From an uncultured Verrucomicrobiae bacterium (GTDB lineage: Bacteria; Verrucomicrobiota; Verrucomicrobiia; Chthoniobacterales; UBA10450), in assembly GCA_963801815.1 (NCBI GenBank), contig CAWDGJ010000002.1:576001-640000 (forward strand): a stretch of 64,000 nt of DNA, read 5' to 3'. The notes beneath the pieces were generated by a model. The model searched no databases, was not told the DNA's origin, and saw only the letters and a list, made by a program, of their open reading frames with translations. Shown here piece after piece: positions 58,229-64,000 of this stretch. The translations under genes were made by a program, and so were the position numbers. The stretch's first letter is position 1. The number at the start of each line of letters is the position of its first letter.

Positions 58229-59926
58229 ATGCAGTTATCGACGGAGAAAAAGATCGCAGGCATTCTGGCGCCACTGTTCGGGTTGCGCGGCGAAAATGAT
58301 CTGGGCATCGGTGACGTCGCGGTTTTGCGAGAGTTCATTGACTGGGCGGCCGAGATTGGGTTCAGGCTCGTACAACTCCTGCCGATTAACGAGACCGGCG
58401 GGGATCACAGCCCTTACAACGCGATCAGCGCGATGGCAATCGAACCGACGACTTTGTATCTCGCGCCCGGCTCGCCAGAAGAGTTAACGGAGTATCATTA
58501 CGACGCGGTGTTGGCAGATGCCGACCTTGCAAAGCTTCGCCACGGGAACGTCAAACATGCGACAGTCAAAAAGTTAAAGCGTCTTCTGCTGGAAAAAGCG
58601 TTCGCGAACTTCACGAGATACTGTCCCAAAGAGCGACAATCTCTCTTCCGGCAGTTTTGCGCACAAGAATCGGCGTGGCTCGATGATTACGCGGCGTTTC
58701 GAGCGTTGATGGAAGAGAACGATGACAACGAATCGTGGGACACTTGGCCGGCGGAGCAGCGCGACCTCGAATCCGCCGGCGCCTGGCTGGCGCGCCAATC
58801 GTCCACGAAGCAGAAGAGGTTTTCGCAACGCGAAAATTTTTTCCGCTACGTCCAATGGGTTGCCTACGAACAATGGTCGGAGGCGAAATCTTATGCCGAG
58901 CAACGCGGCGTCGCGCTGATGGGAGACATTCCTTTCGGGGTCAGCTATTACAGCGCGGATGTTTTTGCGCGCCCGGATGAGTTCAAACTGGACTGGTGTG
59001 GCGGCGCACCGCCTGAATCCCATTTCAAGGACGATCAATTTACTCAAAAGTGGGGCCAAAATTGGGGAATACCGCTTTTTCGGTGGGACGCAATGCGTAA
59101 GCGAAACTTCGATTGGTGGCGGCAACGCGTTCGCAGCATCCGGCAAAGTTTTCATCTTTTCCGGATCGATCATGTCCTCGGCTTCTACCGCATCTACGCA
59201 TTTCCGTGGCGGCCACATCAAAACACGAAATTCCTGCCACTCGAGTGGGACCAAATGCTAGAACGAACCGGCGGCCGCGAGCCGCAGTTTGTTTCGCGCC
59301 GCGACGACACCCCTGACAACTGCGAAGCGAACCGGCGCGAAGGCGAAGAGTATCTTCACGCGGTGTTGGAAGAATCAGGCGACGCGCGCGTGATCGGCGA
59401 AGACCTTGGAACCGTGCCGATTTATGTCCGGCCGAGTTTGCAGTCGCTAGGCATCGCCGGATTCAAGATCCCGCAATGGGAAGTTTATCACGGACGCGTC
59501 ACGCCTGGCGCGGAATACGAACGCCTTTCCGTCGCTACCTATGCGACGCACGACCACAAACCGCTGCGCGCCATGTGGGAGGAGGCGTTCGAGCATCCCA
59601 CATCCACATCCGACCAGTCACGCGCGGAGCTCGAAAAAATCGCGACGTTTGCGGGGTTCAATAGAGATGGCGAATCCATAGAATTTGAACGCGACTTTTA
59701 TCCCGTCGTCCTGGAGGCGCTTTTTAAATGCGAATCGTGGATCGCAGCCGTGATGATCACTGATCTGTTGGCCCGTTCATATCGTTTCAATGTTCCGGGG
59801 ACGGCCGCGAGCTCCAATTGGTCCCGACGGATGCAGCGGCCGGTTTCTCAGCTGCGGTCGAGCCCGAAAGAGCAACAGCGAATGAAATTAGTTCGCGAGC
59901 TACTGGAAAAGACCGGAAGAATTTAG
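58229..59926 (+). CDS. malQ: 4-alpha-glucanotransferase (GH77)
   Basis: GIGD, QLLPINE, SPY, LMGDIPFGV, GAPPE, GQNWGIP, RIDHVLGFYR, GEDLG, THDH, NVPGT...NW. Confidence 0.93.
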   Translation: MQLSTEKKIAGILAPLFGLRGENDLGIGDVAVLREFIDWAAEIGFRLVQLLPINETGGDHSPYNAISAMAIEPTTLYLAPGSPEELTEYHYDAVLADADLAKLRHGNVKHATVKKLKRLLLEKAFANFTRYCPKERQSLFRQFCAQESAWLDDYAAFRALMEENDDNESWDTWPAEQRDLESAGAWLARQSSTKQKRFSQRENFFRYVQWVAYEQWSEAKSYAEQRGVALMGDIPFGVSYYSADVFARPDEFKLDWCGGAPPESHFKDDQFTQKWGQNWGIPLFRWDAMRKRNFDWWRQRVRSIRQSFHLFRIDHVLGFYRIYAFPWRPHQNTKFLPLEWDQMLERTGGREPQFVSRRDDTPDNCEANRREGEEYLHAVLEESGDARVIGEDLGTVPIYVRPSLQSLGIAGFKIPQWEVYHGRVTPGAEYERLSVATYATHDHKPLRAMWEEAFEHPTSTSDQSRAELEKIATFAGFNRDGESIEFERDFYPVVLEALFKCESWIAAVMITDLLARSYRFNVPGTAASSNWSRRMQRPVSQLRSSPKEQQRMKLVRELLEKTGRI

Positions 59927-60069
59927 GTAGGGGCGATTGAGCTCAATCGGTCCAAGCCGGACTGGCATTTTGGCGGTTCGGTGAATGGAGTCGACGGGAG
60001 CCGAGCGACATGGACGGGAAAGCCCGAGAGGGTGAGCGAGCGGGGGCGAGCGAATCAACCGCCCCTACC
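59926..60069. repeat. GTAG-type REP-like element
   Basis: Terminal inverted repeats GGTAGGGGCG...CGCCCCTACC in the malQ-mdh intergenic region. Confidence 0.75.
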
Positions 60070-60076
60070 AGAAAAA

Positions 60077-60106
60077 ATCTGTGTTTCATCTGTGCAAATC
60101 TGTGGC
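60077..60106 (-). repeat. Solo copy of the GxxExxY-flanking repeat
   Basis: ATCTGTGTTTCATCTGTGCAAATCTGTGGC, 29 of 30 bases identical to 58187-58216. Confidence 0.82.
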
Positions 60107-60118
60107 AAGGAAATCTCT

Positions 60119-61105
60119 ATGAAATCTCCAATTAAAGTCGCTGTCACTGGTGCCGCCGGCCAGATTGGCTACGCGCTCCTCTTTCGGATCGCTTCCGGCG
60201 AAATGTTTGGCAAGGACCAGCCAGTCGCGCTTCATCTGATCGAAATCCCCGCCGTGCTAAACGCTCTCGAAGGAGTAGTGATGGAGCTTCATGACTGCGC
60301 GTTTCCGCTGCTGGAATCAATCGTCCCGACAGCCGATCTCGACGAAGGCTTCCGCGATGTTAACTGGGCATTGCTGGTAGGTAGCGTTCCACGGAAGGCC
60401 GGTATGGAGCGCAAGGATCTTCTCGGGATCAACGGGAAGATTTTCGTCGGACAAGGCCAGGCAATCGAACGCAACGCTGGGGCCGACATCCGAATCCTCG
60501 TCGTTGGAAACCCTTGCAACACGAATTGTCTGATCGCGATGAACAACGCGAGAAAAATTCCGCGCGACCGTTGGTTCGCTATGACACGTCTGGACGAAAA
60601 CCGCAGCCGGGCCCAGCTCGCGCACAAAGCCGGAGTCGAAATTACTCGCGTCACCAATATGACGATCTGGGGAAATCATTCGTCGACGCAATATCCCGAC
60701 TTTTACAATGCGAAGATCGACAACAAGCCGGCTGACAAAGTCATCGGGGACGAGAAATGGTTGAAGGAAGCTTTCATTGCCGCGGTCCAGCAACGCGGCG
60801 CAGCGGTCATCAAGGCGCGCGGACTTTCATCGGCAGCTTCGGCCGCGAACGCCGCCATCAATACGGTCCAGTCCCTCACAAACGACACCCCGGACAACGA
60901 TTGGCACAGCGTGGCGCTCTGCTCGGATGGAAGTTATGGCGTCGAGAAGGATTTAATCTCGTCATTCCCCACCCGCGTTCGTGGCGGGAAGTTGGAGATC
61001 GTGCAAAAACTTCCGATCAACGATTTCAGTCGGGACAAGATCGACAAATCCGTCGCTGAGCTGAAGGAAGAGAAATCGCTGGTGGCCGAATTGCTGGGAA
61101 AATAA
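60119..61105 (+). CDS. mdh: Malate dehydrogenase (cytosolic/MDH type 2)
   Basis: [59 protein letters not shown]. Confidence 0.96.
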   Translation: MKSPIKVAVTGAAGQIGYALLFRIASGEMFGKDQPVALHLIEIPAVLNALEGVVMELHDCAFPLLESIVPTADLDEGFRDVNWALLVGSVPRKAGMERKDLLGINGKIFVGQGQAIERNAGADIRILVVGNPCNTNCLIAMNNARKIPRDRWFAMTRLDENRSRAQLAHKAGVEITRVTNMTIWGNHSSTQYPDFYNAKIDNKPADKVIGDEKWLKEAFIAAVQQRGAAVIKARGLSSAASAANAAINTVQSLTNDTPDNDWHSVALCSDGSYGVEKDLISSFPTRVRGGKLEIVQKLPINDFSRDKIDKSVAELKEEKSLVAELLGK

Positions 61106-61109
61106 TTCT

Positions 61110-61224
61110 GGTAGGGGCCATTGCCCTCTAGCGGGAGCGTAACCGCTCCTGCTTAAGCTTCTTCCCGAGGCAGCCGTCGCGGCTGCAGGCCATCGATTTT
61201 GCAGGCGAGACGCCTGCCGCCACA
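61110..61224. repeat. Cluster of short hairpins / REP remnants between the convergent mdh and purC; may act as a terminator
   Basis: TAGGGGC..GCCCTCTA, GCGGGAGCG..CGCTCCTGC, GCAGCCG..CGGCTGC, GCAGGCGAGACGCCTGC. Confidence 0.55.
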
Positions 61225-61228
61225 AAAA

Positions 61229-62122
61229 TCAGGCTTTTAGCTTCTCACCGGTCAATCGCTCAAACGCTTCGACGTATTTCGCCGCCGTCCGCGCGATCAC
61301 GTCCCCGGGCAACCGTGGTCCGGGCGCGGTCTTGTTCCAATCGAGCGTCTCCAGGTAATCACGCACGAACTGTTTGTCGAAGCTGGGCGGACTTTGTCCG
61401 ACAATGTATTGGTCCGCCGGCCAGTACCGCGACGAATCAGGCGTAAGCACTTCATCGATCAAAAGCAATTTTCCGTCGCTACTTCCGAATTCGAATTTGG
61501 TGTCGGCGAGAATGATTCCTTTTGTTTCGGCATGGTCGCGCCCGGCCGAATAAATTTGCAGACTCAAATCTTTCACGCGTTGGGCCGTTTCGGCACCGAG
61601 AATCTTGGCGCAGGTCGCCATGTCGATGTTTTCGTCATGGCCGGTATCAGCCTTCGTTGCCGGCGTAAAAATTGGCTCCGGCAATTTCGACCCGAGCTTC
61701 AGGCCGGCCGGAAGCTTGATTCCGCAGACGCTCTGGGACTGTTGATATTCTTTCCACCCGGAGCCGGCGAGATAGCCGCGAACAACGCACTCGACCGCCA
61801 GCGGCTTGGTTTTCTTCACAATCATCGACCGGCCTTCCAGTTGCTCGCGAAACGGCCGAAGTTGTTTTGGGAAAACGTTGAAGTCGGTCGTAATGAAGTG
61901 GTTGTCGATCTTGCCGAATTTGTTGAACCAGAAAGCGCTGAGCTGATTCAGGACTGCGCCCTTCTTCGGAATGGGGTCGGGCAGGATCACGTCAAAGGCT
62001 GAGATCCGATCGGTCGCGATAAAGAGCAGCGTGTCGCCGAGATCGAAGACTTCGCGGACTTTCCCACTCCGCAATTTTTTGATTCCCGGAAGATCGACAA
62101 TCGATTGTGCGTCGGTTTGCAT
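61229..62122 (-). CDS. purC: Phosphoribosylaminoimidazole-succinocarboxamide synthase
   Basis: [63 protein letters not shown]. Confidence 0.97.
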   Translation of the reverse strand: MQTDAQSIVDLPGIKKLRSGKVREVFDLGDTLLFIATDRISAFDVILPDPIPKKGAVLNQLSAFWFNKFGKIDNHFITTDFNVFPKQLRPFREQLEGRSMIVKKTKPLAVECVVRGYLAGSGWKEYQQSQSVCGIKLPAGLKLGSKLPEPIFTPATKADTGHDENIDMATCAKILGAETAQRVKDLSLQIYSAGRDHAETKGIILADTKFEFGSSDGKLLLIDEVLTPDSSRYWPADQYIVGQSPPSFDKQFVRDYLETLDWNKTAPGPRLPGDVIARTAAKYVEAFERLTGEKLKA

Positions 62123-62137
62123 TTACCATTCTTTGCC

Positions 62138-63325
62138 ATGGCCGGACTAGTCGTCAAACCGCGAGCGCGAATTCTTCACGGGCACGACTGGGTGTTCTCC
62201 AGCGAAGTCCTGAAAGTTTTCGGCAACCCAGGCGACGGCGACGTGATTTCGCTCAAGGACGGGCGCGATAAACTGATCGGCAGCGCAATTTACAATTCGA
62301 AGTCGCAAATTGTCGCCCGCCGGTTTTCGCGCCAGCGGCAGGACCTCGACCTCGATTTCTTCAAACGCCGGATTGCCCAAGCGTCCGAATATCGCGACCG
62401 ACGAAAAGTCGATTCGACACTGCGACGCGTCGTTTGGAGCGAAAGCGACGGTTTGCCGGGCGTGATCATCGATCGCTACGGCGATAATTTTGTTCTCCAG
62501 ACGCTCACCCTGGCTATGGACCAGCGAAAAAAGCTGATCGAAGAAGCGATTGCCGATTTTTTCGGATTGAAAACGATCATCGAGCGAAACGACTCCCCGG
62601 TGCGCAAAGCAGAAGGACTCGACCTGCGCGCTGGCGTCCTGGAGGGTCCGGCGCCGTCGGGACCGGCTACAATCACGATTGAGACGACACAGAGGTCATC
62701 CCTCGAATTCGCTGTCGATCTCTTGCATGGGCAGAAGACCGGATTTTATCTCGACCAGGCGGCGAACTATTCGATTGTCGCGGCGTTCGCCAACGGCCGC
62801 CGAGTTTTGGATTGTTTTGCAAATCAAGGCGGGTTTGCGCTGGCCTGCGCACGTGCCGGCGCCGGCGATGTCGCCGCGGTCGAGGAGAGTTCGGACAACG
62901 TGACCGCAGGAAAGCAGAACTCGGAACGAAACGGGCTCAAAGTGCGTTGGATCGAGCAAGACGTGTTCAGTTTTCTGCGCAGCGCCGAAAAAGCCGGGGC
63001 AGAATACGACCTGATCGTTCTAGATCCACCGTCATTCACAAAAACGAAGGGCGGACTTGGTGACGCGCTCCGTGGTTATCGCGAACTCCACCTGCGGGCG
63101 TTCAAGCTTCTTTCAAAAGACGGCCTGCTCGCCACTTTCTCGTGCTCGCATCATGTGAGCGAAGCTGCGTTTGAGAAAACAATTGCGGACGCGCTGGTCG
63201 ATGCGCGCCGGTCGGCGCGCCGATTGCGCCGGTTCGAACAAGCGCTCGATCATCCGGTGCTGCCGACCATCCCCGAAACCGAATATTTCAAAGGCGTCTT
63301 GCTTGAAATGATGCCGGGACGCTGA
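62138..63325 (+). CDS. rlmI: RlmI-family SAM-dependent rRNA methyltransferase (PUA domain plus methyltransferase)
   Basis: GHDWVF, SESDGLPGVIIDRY, GQKTGFYLDQ, VLDCF...GGF, LDPPSF, TFSCS, DHP. Confidence 0.88.
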   Translation: MAGLVVKPRARILHGHDWVFSSEVLKVFGNPGDGDVISLKDGRDKLIGSAIYNSKSQIVARRFSRQRQDLDLDFFKRRIAQASEYRDRRKVDSTLRRVVWSESDGLPGVIIDRYGDNFVLQTLTLAMDQRKKLIEEAIADFFGLKTIIERNDSPVRKAEGLDLRAGVLEGPAPSGPATITIETTQRSSLEFAVDLLHGQKTGFYLDQAANYSIVAAFANGRRVLDCFANQGGFALACARAGAGDVAAVEESSDNVTAGKQNSERNGLKVRWIEQDVFSFLRSAEKAGAEYDLIVLDPPSFTKTKGGLGDALRGYRELHLRAFKLLSKDGLLATFSCSHHVSEAAFEKTIADALVDARRSARRLRRFEQALDHPVLPTIPETEYFKGVLLEMMPGR

Positions 63326-63344
63326 ATGTGGTTGCTCGCTCAAT

Positions 63345-63455
63345 GAAAATAGCCCAGCGCTTAGCGCTGGGTTCGTCGATGCAAATAATTCAAGTCCTGG
63401 GAAGGACGACAGAATCGTTGTTTTGTCCCCAGTCTTGAAAGGCTGGGCTATTTTC
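63345..63455. repeat. Palindromic REP/MITE-like element (TAGCCCAGC family), copy 2
   Basis: Perfect 14-bp terminal inverted repeats GAAAATAGCCCAGC / GCTGGGCTATTTTC. Confidence 0.8.
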
Positions 63456-63591
63456 TGAATGCATCGTCCAAACATTCTTGCTGAAAAATCTGGAATTTTG
63501 CTGGCGCGTCATTAATGTGCGCCCAGCCCCGAAGGTTTTCGGGGCGAGCGGCAAGCGCACGCGAGGTGAGCGACGATTGAAAAAGTTTGAC

Positions 63592-64000
63592 ATGCCGGAA
63601 AAAATTCGACCGATCGAACAAATGTTGGAGTTGAGTGAAGAGGAGCCGCTGTCCCCAGAACACCTGGATTCGCAGGTCCAAAAAGCCCAGGAGCAACTCC
63701 TTCAGCTCAAGCGGCAACAGGACCAGATTGAGAAGCAGAAGCGCGAGCTCGAAGAGCTGAGCCGGAAACAGGAGGAACTCGAACGCGGCCGCGCCGAGAT
63801 GTCCGACAAACTCACCCGATCGCTGGTTATTTTGGAACGCGAAGCCTACGACTCGCAAAAGCGTCTCGAGCAATTACGCGCAATGCGGGAAAGTTTTGGA
63901 CAACATTTGGAATTGATCGAAGCGATCGATCCGAAAAGCTGGAGCTCCACCGAGTTGCACAAGGAATTGAGCCGGGCGCTGAGCACGGTCGAAGGGGCAC
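63592..64000 (+). CDS. Coiled-coil hypothetical protein (partial, runs off the right edge)
   Basis: MPEKIRPIEQMLELSEEEPLSPEHLDSQVQKAQEQLLQLKRQQDQIEKQKRELEELSRKQEELERG... open to the window end. Confidence 0.8.
   Translation, partial: MPEKIRPIEQMLELSEEEPLSPEHLDSQVQKAQEQLLQLKRQQDQIEKQKRELEELSRKQEELERGRAEMSDKLTRSLVILEREAYDSQKRLEQLRAMRESFGQHLELIEAIDPKSWSSTELHKELSRALSTVEGA

Noticed and set aside
57760..60106. CRISPR array reading of the ATCTGTG repeats or of the attC series
   Set aside because: No regular repeat-spacer period and no cas genes; better explained as element ends and attC sites.
59981..60118. N-terminal extension of mdh in the ORF track (likewise the intI extension to 41887 and the nonaheme extension to 31908)
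   Set aside because: The extensions run through repeats, attI or the upstream gene; family-like sequence begins at the later starts.
63448..63873. 141-aa Leu-rich minus-strand ORF
   Set aside because: Antisense shadow of the Glu/Gln/Lys-rich coiled-coil gene starting at 63592 on the plus strand.

Overview
A 64 kb, moderately GC-rich bacterial window. Gene content and repeat families suggest a soil Verrucomicrobiota (Chthoniobacterales-like) genome; this is inference. It has four blocks. (1) 1-19.7 kb is a low-oxygen/stress-type neighbourhood: stand-alone receiver domains, Zn alcohol dehydrogenase, tandem USP, P-type ATPase, DevBCA-like exporter, acyl-CoA ligase/GNAT fusion, divergent transketolase, pyruvate/indolepyruvate decarboxylase-like enzyme and small membrane proteins. 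Many of its promoters share an unannotated 25-bp motif (GCAA-N5-GC-N11-CAA), usually 31-32 bp upstream of a -10-like hexamer. (2) 20.3-37.0 kb is one co-directional cluster that appears to encode a whole electron path across the envelope: MtrA/DmsE-like octaheme lipoprotein, MtrB-like porin, three tandem monoheme cytochromes c, ImcH-like 7-heme inner-membrane cytochrome, its own System II maturation genes, a Rieske/cytochrome b complex with a nonaheme in place of c1, a B-family (ba3-type) oxygen reductase with a cytochrome c fusion and an unannotated subunit IIa, and SCO. That is 28 heme-c motifs in all. (3) 40.7-43.4 kb is an integron (intI, attI with a perfect 17-bp inverted repeat, three cassettes, three attC). 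(4) 43.4-64 kb holds an ECF sigma/Ser-Thr kinase pair, alpha-2-macroglobulin and pbpC (pbpC carries four in-frame palindromic elements), a UvrD/PcrA helicase, a GxxExxY gene flanked by inverted repeats, malQ, mdh, purC and rlmI. Several genes are split by apparent single-base insertions, most likely sequencing or consensus errors. I saw no rRNA, tRNA, CRISPR array or transposase.
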